Shown: piece after piece, positions 38,408-51,441 of the stretch | Layout: every line of letters begins with the position of its first letter | Numbering within the stretch: the first letter of the stretch is position 1 | From: Girardia tigrina | Taxonomy: Eukaryota | Direction of reading: 5' to 3' | Length of the DNA: 62,267 nucleotides | Assembly (NCBI GenBank): GCA_001938485.1 | Contig: MQRK01248532.1 | Location: 11,730-73,996 of the forward strand | The notes under the pieces: model-generated | Database searches by the model: none | Seen by the model: only the letters and a program-made list of their open reading frames with translations | What the model was told of the DNA's origin: nothing | Translations under genes and position numbers: made by a program

Positions 38408-38527
38408 TGATCTCTTTACAAAAAAACATTTATAAACATGAATTAACAAAGAAATAGCATTAGAATGGCAATTTTCTTTCTTCCACTTTATAAGTGGAGA
38501 GTAACGGAAAAAACTTTCTTGCCATGT
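37097..38527 (-). mobile_element. Mariner (DD34D) with disrupted transposase
   Basis: TIRs AYATGGCAARAAAGTTTTTTCCGTTACTC; TVDETW, QHDN-34-D, APYSPDL; a (TA)n/gap lies in the 5' UTR. Confidence 0.92.
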
Positions 38528-41181
38528 TAATAGTTGCTGAAGACGATGAAAACCTGACTATCGTTGATTATATAAAAATGCTTTAACCTCGTGAAATTTT
38601 AAGAGCATGATTTTAAAAATATTTTTACATTTTTCGTGAACTTTGAAAATCTTTATTTTTTACGAATTTTTCCAATAATTTATATAAGTATTAAATTATA
38701 TATGTATTAAATATGTATTGATTATAGTAGTGAATTGAAAAAAATTAGAAATCATCCCTTTTTTACAGATCTTTAAAATCAGAATTCTGCTAAATTTTAA
38801 TTCCGTTTTATTTATCAAGTTAGCCTGATATTTTAATGGGATTTTTTACTTAAATAGTAAAGGGTTCATAAACAAAACATTTCATAATGATTATGCACTT
38901 AAATAATATAATAAAATTTAAACTCTGAAAAGAAGAGTACACTTATAATATCACTTTTGGAGTTACCAGGTACTTTCCTGAAAACCTCATCAAGTCAAAA
39001 ATTCTTATAATAACAATTCTATCGTTATGTATATGAAATTTCATGAAGTTAGTGTACCATCAATCCATACTTTTCTATAAAATGCTTTTATGGACTGGGG
39101 GTAGATTAATTTTGTCCTGGAACCGCCAATTAATCAATTCAACATTCTAGGGATTCCAAGATTCTCCACAATCAATTTCTATCATGATAAAACAAAAATT
39201 ATAAATGTAAAATTTTTTAACTCACTAATAAAGCCTAAATACTGAACTTCGATGCCTTTGGGCCAGCCCCCTGGGGGCTGTTAGCGAAAAAACTCATACC
39301 GATTATTTTTTTGGGCCAATAAACAACTTTAAAAAATAGTGGAGGTCCGATTTGCGTGCGGTACTTTGGGATCTTCCCTTTTAAGTATATATTACTCTAG
39401 CCCAAAACTCACCGGACACTGGATTTCTTTCATCATCTTTTTAAATAAATGAGTATAAAATAATGGTCTTCATATATTTTTCCATAGTAGCTATAAGATT
39501 AAAATATGTTTCACTACTTATGCTGGTCCATATGCTAAATAATCTTTCAATTAACTCGTGCTTAGTTTTCGGTCGATTTACATTTGACTTCCTAATTTTC
39601 AATTGTGTTTAAATCTGGACTTGATGAAGGCTAATCTAGTACAGAGATGTTATTATTTTTGAACCAAAACTTGCTTGATTTTGCCGTGTGACAACTGGCT
39701 CCATCTTTTTGAATAATATAATTTTGTAAATTGTGGCCTGAATGCATAATCGGTAACAGATTTTGACTCAAATTTTTTTGGTAAATGACAGAGTTTATAA
39801 TAATATCGATGATATGTCAATTTTCCACACCTTTGGCGGTCATGAAACTCCAAACCATAATTGATTCTGGAAATTTAATCTTTCGCTGCAGGTAGTCTGA
39901 ATTGAATGATTCTTCAGAATTCAGTCATACAGGACACTAAAGGACTAATGCATTTATATTTTTATTTATTATATTGGCGATGTTTTTTTTGTAAACAGAC
40001 TAATAGTTTATAGTTATGCTTTAAACTTTTTTTTCTTTCAATTGAAGACACATCTGAAATCGTTTTATTTAGAACAAAATATATAGTTAATCTCTTATAA
40101 TGACTTTTTTCTTTATTCAGTATTTTGAAAATAATAATGATTATTTATATATTTTATTTTATATATTATTATATTCATTTTTTGATTGTACGCGAAAGAA
40201 TGTATTTCATTGATTCCTGACTGTTTTCGTCGTACTCTCTTTGTGGTAATCATAATATTGTCAGTTTGCATTACTCAAAGAGATAAAATACAGGAGCATG
40301 TTTACAAGAATAAATGAAAAACATTAAAAATATTTATACAAAAAGCACAAATCAGTTTGCTGAATCAATTTGCTTTCTGGATAATTTCTATCTAAACAAG
40401 GTAAACATTAAACTATACATATTGCGAATAATATTAAATTGGATATTTTTCATGGTGAACAGATTTTTTGAAGTAATTTGAGTGCATTTTGGGGAAATCA
40501 TTCCTAAGTTCATTTTACACGTTTTAATTACGAAAGTGTTTTTCTTCAATAAAATTTTTAGAGAACATTCTTCATATCTCATCAGAGAAATTGCGGTAAA
40601 AATAAATTTCAGAAACACATTTTCTAAAATATTATAAATACTCTTTTTAATATCATTTTTTGGGAAAGAATTTAAGTACAAAATATTTTATTTGACTCAT
40701 TTTTCCTTTGTTTGCTTCAATACTCATCAGAGTCTTCAATGAAAGTTATGGTTGGTTAAGTTGAACAAAAACGGTCACCACAGTCACGTTTTTTACTCAA
40801 ACTGATTTAACTATCAAGTTTCGATTATATCAGATCATGGAGGCCCTTGATTGTTATTCTGTATCACTATATTGTCTCTGATCCTCACGTTTCAAAACTT
40901 CACATCCCAAATTATATTATTTTCATCATTAAAGTCTTCCACAAATGTCTGAAGTTTCAGAGAAAAAATAAATAATGTTTTAATTAAAAACTAAATTAAT
41001 GAAATGGATATTTTCATTAGGAAAATAAATTAATCCGGTACCTCACAAATTCGAGACCTTTAAATTTTCCCTTCATCCTCGAAACAAAACCTAAATCTCA
41101 AAACTCTTTCCACATTTTTTTTATCAACCACTTAATTAATCAGCGAGCATTTCTAAATTTATTTAAGTATATATCTATATA

Positions 41182-42462
41182 AGTACTGAGTGCGAAAAAT
41201 ATTACTAACTTTAAAATCCGATATCTTCAAAACCATATTTTTGATTGAAAAATACCGACTCTTTTGAAAAATGTGTTTCATTCAAAATAATTTTAGTAAG
41301 CTAAGAAAGATTATTTATTTTTTTAATAAATTCTGCGAGCTTTTCCGGAATGCCTGCCATTAGACTTGCATTTGTAGTTTATGTCACGTTTTTGGCTGCA
41401 TTATTCCACTTGTTCCAAAAATCTGCCATTGTCTGTGGGCTCTTGTTTGTCGTCTTTAATTACCTTTTTACCAGGGCCCAATATCTTTCGATTGGGGGAA
41501 GCTCTGGACAATTTTGTTGGTTTGTCTCTATTTGCACCAAATCGACGTTATTGTATTCGTAGCAGTTCTTGGCTACCTTACCATAGTGGCATGATGCCAA
41601 AATCGGTTGAAAGAAAGTAATACTTCCGTGCTGACTTATGAATGGTAATACACGCTTTACAAGCACTCCTTCACATAGACTTCTGTGTTTATTGTGCCAG
41701 ATGTGACAAAGTATTTACTCCTTTTCCCGCATCCACATATAGCCTGCCAAACAAGAAATGTTTTGGGAAACTTAGACTTTTTTTTGCTTCTAAATTTTTC
41801 TTCCTATCTTAGTTGCAGAGTAAAATTCTTGTCCGGGTAGCTGGGAAAACTTGCAGAACACATAAGTCTCATCATCCATAATGCAACATTTTTTCCTCAC
41901 AAGAAAACCATATTTCGACTTGCTGGCTTGCTACTGCGCCTTTACGTTCTTGTTAGCGTTCCGATCTGGTACTGTTTGAACTTTAAACGTTTTTAAACCA
42001 ACGGACTAATTAATTTTCCGAACTGTTTTCTCACTACAATTTGCCTTGACCCCTAGTTTTCGATTTCATAGACGAGGATTTCTCTTTAACAGAGCCTTTA
42101 CTTTCTTCGCATTCTGTGTACACGAAACACCTTTCCTTCTTCCTGAACTAATTTTTCTAAAAGCGTTCAAGATCGCATTGAAGTTTTTAATAACGTTAGA
42201 AACTGTTTTTTTGACAAACCTTTGCCTTTCTGGCAATTGTTTGCGGACTTGATTGTGGATTTTCTTGAAATAAACGAATAAATAATTCGCGACTTCCTGT
42301 TTCTGACGACATATTCATGAAAAATGAAATTTAAAATGAATACTAAAATGAATTTTATTTAGATTTATTCAAACATCAGCATACTTAATTAGTTTTTTGT
42401 AATTTGTGAATTTATGTTGGAGTTATAGAGATTTAAAGTTAGGAATATTTTTCGCACTCAGT

Positions 42463-42465
<3 letters not shown>
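41182..42465 (-). mobile_element. Tc1/mariner superfamily element of DD37E (ITmD37E/TRT-like) type, degenerate
   Basis: TIRs AG(T/G)ACTGAGTGCGAAAAATATT, TA flanks; motifs CIMDDETY, LASCHY, NCPELPPIERYWALVKR. Confidence 0.82.
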
Positions 42466-42516
<51 letters not shown>

Positions 42517-43204
42517 NNNNNNNNNNNNNNNNNNNNNNNNNNNNNNNNNNNNNNNNNNNNNNNNNNNNNNNNNNNNNNNNNNNNNNNNNNNNNNNNNNNN
42601 NNNNNNNNNNNNNNNNNNNNNNNNNNNNNNNNNNNNNNNNNNNNNNNNNNNNNNNNNNNNNNNNNNNNNNNNNNNNNNNNNNNNNNNNNNNNNNNNNNNN
42701 NNNNNNNNNNNNNNNNNNNNNNNNNNNNNNNNNNNNNNNNNNNNNNNNNNNNNNNNNNNNNNNNNNNNNNNNNNNNNNNNNNNNNNNNNNNNNNNNNNNN
42801 NNNNNNNNNNNNNNNNNNNNNNNNNNNNNNNNNNNNNNNNNNNNNNNNNNNNNNNNNNNNNNNNNNNNNNNNNNNNNNNNNNNNNNNNNNNNNNNNNNNN
42901 NNNNNNNNNNNNNNNNNNNNNNNNNNNNNNNNNNNNNNNNNNNNNNNNNNNNNNNNNNNNNNNNNNNNNNNNNNNNNNNNNNNNNNNNNNNNNNNNNNNN
43001 NNNNNNNNNNNNNNNNNNNNNNNNNNNNNNNNNNNNNNNNNNNNNNNNNNNNNNNNNNNNNNNNNNNNNNNNNNNNNNNNNNNNNNNNNNNNNNNNNNNN
43101 NNNNNNNNNNNNNNNNNNNNNNNNNNNNNNNNNNNNNNNNNNNNNNNNNNNNNNNNNNNNNNNNNNNNNNNNNNNNNNNNNNNNNNNNNNNNNNNNNCTT
43201 TGCA

Positions 43205-43248
<44 letters not shown>

Positions 43249-43284
43249 TGGATTTTATTGAATAAAAAGTAAATAAATTAATTA

Positions 43285-46200
43285 TAAATATTTCGGTGTT
43301 GTTATCGTTTTTCCTCTACAAGCTATCATCGGATTTATGTCGAAAATTCTTAAGTCGATAAAATTTTCGACGGTAAAAATTACGATGTGGTGGCCTGGAT
43401 CGAAAAATTAACGACCGTCGCGAAAATTACGAAGGAATGTATAACAGAAGTCATTTCGATGCTTCTGGAGAGCGCAGCTTATGATGTGTGAAACAACCTA
43501 AGTGATGACTCGAAGGAGGAACAGGCTGAAATAGAGAAAGCGTTGTTCGAGGCTTTCGGTGTGTCGAAATTCGACTGTTTTGAATCATTACGCGAAAGGA
43601 AGTTGAGGCGAGACGAGTCGTTGGACGAATGCGCTCAGGCCCTCCGGAAATTGAGTAAAATGTCCGGCGTGAGCGGGAGCGAGAAGCTGCTTGTGTTTTT
43701 TTTGGTGACCGGATTGCCGAGCGATATCAGGACGAAGATTCAAACGATGATCAGGATTCAAGACCTTGATTGTATAAGAATCAATTTTATTTGTCAGCTT
43801 AGGTCCTTTGCGGTTCCATTTCCATTCCACCGTCCACCTTCCATGACTAAATTTTGCGCTAAAGTCTAAATTTTCAATGGATATCTCTTTTCTGTCTACG
43901 ATCTCGCAATCCTTTTTGCAAAAAACGTACTTCTCAGATTCCGGTTTTTTCCGATTTCTTTTGACTTATGAAAGTAAATATTTCCCTTATGATTGATACA
44001 AAGCCCGCCTAATTTCTCTATTGAATCCATTCCCAAAATCACATTGATATTATCAAAAATAAATGAAACGATCATACACGAAACCTCGATTTTCAGCATC
44101 TCTTCTACTTCTATAATCACATCGCACGTGCCTCTCGTGATTAACGTTGCTCCTCCTATCCCAAAGAGACAAAGTGTCGTTGGATGACGTTGTCGAGAAA
44201 GCTCGGATTCTTTGGCAAGAGGCAAGAAAGAATGATGGAAGTGTGGCCTTTGCGACCAGATCATATCGGCAAGATGTTACGTGTTTTAGATGCGGAAAGA
44301 GAGGACACTTCGCGAGATATTGTCACGTACAATGGGTGTCGCCAGCTAGGTGTTATTCCTGCGGAGAAAGCGGTCATAACGCGAGGTCGTGCAGTACCCA
44401 AATTAAGCCTCCGTTAACTGATTTTAAAAAGAATATAACTGGCGCCATGAAACTTCTGTCGAACTCAAGTTCACCGGCCGAGACTATATTGAGTGTGAAC
44501 GGGAGACGGGCGCGTTGTTTAATAGACACGGGAAGCAGCGTGACAATAGTTCGAGAGGCGCTCTGCGGCGTAGAGAAGCGATGGTCTCATAAGTTATATG
44601 GGATCTTCGGAATGCGTATTTGCAGTTACATGTCAACGAGAATCTTTGGAAATATCAGAGGGTATGTTACGATGGGGTCGTATACAATTTGACAAGGCTT
44701 CGTTTCGGTTTGGCGTCGGCTCCACATATTATGACGAAAGTCCTGGAACGTGTGTTGAGCCTCGAAGAAAGAATACGTTCCGGAACCAGCATTTACGTTG
44801 ACGGCATTTTAGTAGACGGATCAGTTGTTTCGGTAGAAGAAGTTGTTGAGCATCTGAAGTGTTTCGGTTTGGAGTGCAAAGAAACGACGGATTTCATCGA
44901 ATCGAAGTTGTTAGGTCTACAAATTTATGAAAATGATGGAACAGTCATGTGAACCAGAGGAAGGACCGTTCTGGAAATTGTCGGTCGTTTGACAAAAAAG
45001 GGTGTGTTTTCGTTGTGTGGACAGTTAATTAGTCTTTATCCAATCGCAGGATGGTTGAGGGTATCTGCAAATTTCATAAAAAGAAAATGCAATCGATATC
45101 GTTGGCAAGAATCAGTATCTGAAGATATACGAACAATGTTAGAAGATACAATCCAACGAGTGAGGAATGACGATCCAGTAAACGGTGTCTGGCACGTCCC
45201 GAAAAGTGAGAAATCTGGTAAAGTATGGTGTGATGCGACTAAAATTGCAATAGGATACATATTGGAGATAGCAGGAAACATTGTAGAGGATGGCTGTTGG
45301 TTACGACGCAAGGTTGAATGTGCACACATCAATGTTGCCGAACTAGAAGCGGTCGTGAGGGAAATAAATTTGGCGTAAAAATGGGGAGTGAGGGAATTTT
45401 ATATCGTTACTGACTCTGCATCTGTCTTTGGCTGGTTGAGTGGGGTTCTGCACAGAGAAAAGAAGATCAAAGTAATCGGAATGAATGAGATGTTAGTCAG
45501 AATGAGATTAACGACCATCGTGGAGATCTTGGAAAGTTATAACGTGAAATGGAAGGGTAATTCAGAATTGTAACAAATGTAATTCGATAGACCCGCATTC
45601 CGTTCGGATCGAGAAGGGACAGCTAACAAAGGACGAGGTGTGGAATACATTGACGACGGATTTCACGCATCACAATGGGAAGCTCTTCGTGACAATCATA
45701 GACTGTTGCTCGCGTTATTCTATCTAGAGAAAGGTGAACGAGGAATCATCAGAAGAGCTATTAAGGCATTTCTGTCAAATATTTTAAGAGTTTGGGCCGC
45801 CAAAGTTGGTTTTAGCAGACAATGGGAAAGCTTTCAGATCTGAGGCGTTTCAGGAGCTGTGTAAAGAGTGGAAAGTAAAGTTACATTTCCGATGCGCCTA
45901 CAAGCCGAGCGGCAATGGCGTGGTCGAACGGGTGCATCGGACGGTAAAGAGAACAATGGTGAGAGCAGCCATAAACTCACGTGATTCCGTTTATTGGTAT
46001 AACGTCACCCCTCGAACTGGAAAGAGGACATCTCCGCAGGAGGAGCTGTTCCGGTACTGATGGAGGATGTTAAGACAGGGAGAGGTTGCACCGAATGTAC
46101 GAGACGTCGAAGCGTGTTACACTGTTGGTAAGCGGGTATACGTGAAACCTCCAAATATTCGCTGTTCTGAAGCGTGGCAGAAAAGGACAATAACCGGCGT

Positions 46201-46592
46201 GAATTCCAATTTTAGCGTGGATGTGAACGGAATCTCTCGACGCGTGAGAGATATAATGAAAGTGAGCGTACCGACCGAGAATGCCGTTGAGTTGTATGGA
46301 GGAAGGAATGATTCGAGTTCCGACGAGCTGCGGGAGGGAGAGTTATCAAACGACGAAATCGATTTAGCGTTGTTAGATGAAGGAATTGGATTGCGACGAT
46401 CGACTCGGCGTAGGGGACCGCCTGCATATTTGAGGAACGACGAGTTGAATCAAAGCTCTGAAGAGGGAATGTAGCAATATGGTTGATATGGCATTTGTTT
46501 AGATTGACATAAATGCGCGCAATATGACTCGACTGAAATGTTGCAGTTACATTGAATAAATATTTCGGTGTTGTTATCGTTTTTGCTCTACA
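43285..46592 (+). mobile_element. Degenerate, rearranged Gypsy-type LTR retrotransposon
   Basis: Partial 5' LTR 43285-43320; 3' LTR 46470-46592 (TG...CA) after PPT GAAGAGGGAA; gag with two CCHC knuckles, LIDTGS protease, RT (LRFGLASAP, YVDG), RNase H (WCDAT, HINVAELEA), integrase (ADNG, GNGVVER). Confidence 0.92.
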
Positions 46593-46820
46593 ATCTCAAA
46601 ACACGGATTAGAGAACATTCACCGCCGAGTCGATCCAGTAAGGTTTTGGATCATTGTGTTTGTTGCAAGAATAGAACCTCTCCCTTTTAAAAGGTGAGTT
46701 TTCTATTCTTCAGATTAACTTTGATTCATATTATGACAGGTTATATTGTGATAATCAAACACTATAACATTAACATTCAAAAGGTGAAGAGTTGGGCAGC
46801 GACAATATTAAATATTTTTA
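46593..46820 (+). mobile_element. Penelope-like GIY-YIG C-terminal fragment
   Basis: LKTRIREH...SKVLDH immediately after the Gypsy 3' LTR. Confidence 0.55.
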
Positions 46821-47763
46821 ATGTATATTTATATTATTTATAGTTAGACAATTTTAAATTTTGAATCGATGCGAAAAGAGCTTCACTATTATTATCATTT
46901 AAATACAGTTTTTTAGCTTTAATTCATTTTAAGATATAATCTTATTTTGCAGATGTTATTCCAAAAAGAAAAAAACCAAACGTTCACCGCAATAATTAAT
47001 ATAATACTCATCAGAATTCCACCAGTTATTAGGTTTATTTAAGTTATTTAAATCGATAATTCTGTTGTTACAGTGAACAATAGACGTTTCTATAGCATAC
47101 ATCTTTTTTTAAAATTCAATTGTTTTCAAATTTTCGTAATTATCAATCAAAGACTAAAAACTCAATTCCTTTTTTTCAAAATTTTTTATTTATATAATTA
47201 CAATTGGTGCAGGTAAACAAACTGCAATTTAATCAATATATATATATNNNNNNNNNNNNNNNNNNNNNNNNNNNNNNNNNNNNNNNNNNNNNNNNNNNNN
47301 NNNNNNNNNNNNNNNATATATATATATATATAATATAAATTTTTACAAATTTCTTTTTTTATACACGCAGACACGTTCACAAAAGACATACATCACAATC
47401 ATATCCAATGATTGATTTTTAAGTCTGTGAGGAATATTTGAATGTTTGATGTTTTGTGTTTGAAGGTGTATGTTGATTTGGAATGTGTCTCTCCTACCCA
47501 GATGGATGATTAATATTTTAATTCTTATTATCTAAAAATATGTAATGTTTAAATTTATTTTATTTCAAATAATTGTAAAATTTTAAATAAGTTAATTAAT
47601 TTTTATAATATTTAATAAATAAATCAAATTAATATTTTTTAAATAATTAATAATGATTTTAATTATTATCCAATAAGTTTTGAGTAAATATTTTATTAAA
47701 ATATTTATTTCCCCATTTGTAAAAAAATAATGAGAATTAATTCATTAATCAATTTCGTTTAGA

Positions 47764-47901
47764 ATGCAAATGTACGAAAGTTTTGACAAAGATTGTCTAA
47801 CAGACAATCAAAATTGTTGTTTAAATAAAAATATAAAAAGTCAAATTTGTTTTCTTAATAAAGTCATCTTAAGAAATCTATATACACACAAATGTTTATA
47901 A
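47764..47901 (+). CDS. Small Cys-patterned ORF family member (45 aa), function unknown
   Basis: tttag-a-ATG; MQMYESFDKDCLTDNQNCCLNKNIKSQICFLNKVILRNLYTHKCL*. Confidence 0.35.
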   Translation: MQMYESFDKDCLTDNQNCCLNKNIKSQICFLNKVILRNLYTHKCL

Positions 47902-49911
47902 TTAATTAATTCATTAATCTGAATCTTTCAATTTAAACATATTTTACTTTTTTCTTTCATCTTTTTATTTTTAAAAATAACAAACTTATTTTGTAATTTT
48001 AATTTGGAATATCAACATACAATCTTAAGGAAAGATTACAAATATCGTTTGTAATAAGTAATGAAAAGACTGCAAAACATTTAAAGAAACATAAAACCTA
48101 GTTACTTTGATCAAAGCAAGCTTTCAACACACTACGTTATATGTTTGTTTATAAAGAAATATGCATTTTTTCTTGTTATTATTTTTATAAGTTGATATAA
48201 GTTTAATCAATTTTGACTTAAGCTTAAAAATACAAAAATTAGGGGATTAAGAAACAATCATTTTTATAATGGCAACAAAAATTAACTCAAAGATAGTGAA
48301 ATCAATAAAGAACAACAAAAAATTGGGAATCAGATTGTTTTTCGAGAAAGAAATTAAGTTGCAGCTTGAGGAATACTTTGAATGGTGTTGTGTTTGTTGT
48401 ATTTTGTGAATAAAGACTATTCAAACAGAACCATAAAAGGTGAAAACAATTGACCTTACTGTACGTAGAAAAGTTGACCTTTCTGTATCCTTATTTTGTG
48501 ACCTCAAATACAAAGACAACCGAATTTCATTCTTTTCTTTTTTCCATACACAGATCATCGCTGTATTTCATGGTTACGAACATTTTTATAATACCATGTA
48601 TCTAAAATTTATTTTCGCCTCGTCAATATAATTTTCTCTCAGTATGTTTTTATCTCGTGTTTCACTAAAGTTCTTTTTTTTAATGTCACATTTTCTCGCC
48701 ATGAAAATATTTTAAAATTTTTATATAAAATGTTGATAAAATAACACTCTCTCCTAATAACTGTCAAAATGCTTACACAGAATTTTGAAATTATCAATAC
48801 TAACATTAGAAAGATTAGAAATATTAGAAAGAGTAATATTGCAGAACATAGGAAAAAATGAATTGAGAATTTTTTTTAAACAAATTTTTCCTAGTACAAC
48901 GCCATTTCATAAAAATCCGATATACGCGTCAAATGTAATCTCACAAATTCATTCGTTTAATTTGATAAAAAATAATAATTCTGTCATCATTAAAAATTTC
49001 CTTTGTAAAGACAAAATTTAGTTTGTCCATTAGTTGTTGAGACATATTTACTAAAGTCAAATAAGTTCTCAGGGGGCAGCTTCAATAGACAGGCAGAAGT
49101 ACTTGCTCTTCCTTTATTCCTATTTCAAATCATCTAATTAGCAAGTTTCAATTGTTTAGTTTTGGTTATTTATTTAAAATTATTTTTTTACATTTTTAAT
49201 CCTCAAATTTTGTGATAAAAAAGAAAGTTTTCAATGTAAATTGGATATGGAAATATCTAATAATGAAGATTGTTTTAATTTAATATTTTATTATATATTT
49301 CACAATGAATAATAAATTTTCAAACTCTATCCTTCCTTTATACAAAAGGACTTCCTTCTGACTTTACTGAGTCTTACTTTGTCTCGGAAGTTTTCCTTCC
49401 AGAAGCAAAGTCAATTCTATATTTTTATAGGTTTTACAAAAGATTAATAATAATACTATTTCCAGAATAAACTTTTTATTTTTATATTGAAAATTGTATT
49501 TGATTGTATAATTTATGAATTTTGAAACGCATTTTATCACACCGGCGTCAATTTACATTTATAATGGCTTTTATACTTAGAGTTCTGTGAAATTGTTTTA
49601 TTACTTTCATTGAAAAAATATTTTTGTTTTATCTTTAAGAGAAACGTGATTTACAATGCGATTTTAAAATATATTTCCGTCTATGAAAATTATTGAATAG
49701 AAAAGTTTTACTATGAACTTGAATAATTATCTTTTGTCCAAACTACACACAAAAGTTACATATATATTTCTATTAATAATATTTTATTAACAACAATATA
49801 TTTATATTAATCTTTTGTACTATCCCGTGCACAGTATGAAAGCTACACCTTACGCTGTCGTTCAGACGACTAGGAACTTCCGTTCTATAAATAACTATAT
49901 AATTAATAAAA

Positions 49912-49958
<47 letters not shown>

Positions 49959-50439
49959 AGCCTTTTTAATGCTAATTTTATATTTTTGAAAAATATTTTT
50001 GTAAAAGTTTTTTTTACGAAATTAATTACTGTCCATGTTTCAGAACTTCATTTTCCATCGTTGGCAAATATAATGTAATATGTAAGATAATAAAATGTTA
50101 ATTAATGATAAATTGTATCTGTAAATATTAATTTTTCAAGATTCTGTCGGACAGAATTAGAATTGCTAATTTTTTTATTTATTTTTATTAAAAATTTTAA
50201 GAATTGAAACAATCTTACTTTGTCCATTTTGAATAATTATTGTTAATAATTGTTAACCAAAAATTGCTCTGCAATTGTGGTAAGTTAATTAAATTGGTAT
50301 GTAATAGTTAAATCGTATTTTTCTTTTAAGTAATCAGTTTAGGCTGAATACCAAAATTTGACTAAAAATATTTTAATAGAATATTTAATTACGTTAATAA
50401 GTTACTGATTGGGAAAAGACAATTCTTTGGTGAACTAAA

Positions 50440-51310
50440 TCAATTAATATTAAATCAAAGAATTCTCTCTCAAATATGTTTCTGATGATAATTTAATTGT
50501 TAGATGTTTTTGGAACATCTTCCACGATATCAGTATTAGAAGCCGACATCAGTTTATCAAATTTTATTTCTCTACAAAAAAGATGTCTAATACATTTTAT
50601 TTAAACAAATTTAATCGAAATTAAATTCATTTTTTTACTTTGAGGAACTATTTATTTCATAAATCTTAAACCCGTATAATAAAAATAAATATATTATTAA
50701 TAATCCATTTGACCTTTTTTAATTTCTGCCAATTAAATAATTTCAAATTTTATTTAAATTTAAGAAATATTTAACATAACTTTATTTAGTTCTTTATTTT
50801 TTTTGATTTTAAAATGATAATCCGAATTCAATTATTATTTCATAAATTTTAAAAACATTTCATAAAAAATTCAGAACATTCCCCTTTTCTTTAATTTTTT
50901 TGAACTTTTCAACATTTCTGATTATTTTTTCTTGTCTATATCTTCCAATTTATAACTCTTCTCATGAATCTTTTCTATAATGGTGTATGGGCCCTCATGT
51001 CTTTCACCTTTATTTCTCACTTCTTTTTTTAGCCACACATGATCGCCCACCTTAAACTTGCGTCTTGTTTGTTCCTCTGGGACTTTAATGTTATCGTCTG
51101 AAACCCGCCTACCATTACTATACCATTTCTGTCTATCTATTTTCCTATTGAATATCATTTCAGCTGGGCTTCTCCAAAATGTTTTTGATATGTCGCATTC
51201 AACATGAATTCCACCTCTGATCGCATATCTGCCAAACTCGTCTCCTTCCTTTCTTTTAAACTTACCTGTATAAATTCACGTATAGTACGAAATTGTCGTT
51301 CCACCATATA
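50440..51310 (-). mobile_element. Gypsy integrase C-terminal fragment, PPT and LTR-like repeat
   Basis: RQFRTIRE, FKVGDHV, EGPYTI; PPT AGAAAAGGGGAA followed by TG at 50878; downstream sequence shared with 16446-16700 and 19660-20050. Confidence 0.75.
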
Positions 51311-51399
51311 GAAAAATTATTAGAAAAATTAATTAGAAAAATTATTAGAAAAATTGTATTATTCAAACAATTCAATATTCATTTACTAAACATCCGAAA

Positions 51400-51441
51400 A
51401 TTGCTGATGATTATGTATGTAAACATCGAAACATGTTCAAT
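51400..51441 (+). ncRNA. Degenerate hammerhead motif in a further copy of the repeat (51350-51484)
   Basis: ATTG-CTGATGA-T-TATGT..ACATC-GAAA-CATG-TT-CAAT; first stem II pair broken, GUU site. Confidence 0.6.

Noticed and set aside
38855-39385. Possible TTAA-type DNA transposon ends
   Set aside because: Could not pair convincing TIRs.
40690-40735. CTGATGA...GAAA on the minus strand with GACT/AGTC flanks
   Set aside because: No credible stem II or stem III/NUH site. Other isolated CTGATGA hits (6711, 16164, 32035, 47008, 51776) also lack the architecture.
42406-43272. Long ORFs spanning N runs and (TA)n (also 14987-15272, 25667, 26240, 33919, 47198)
   Set aside because: Artefacts of assembly gaps and IYIY microsatellite translation.
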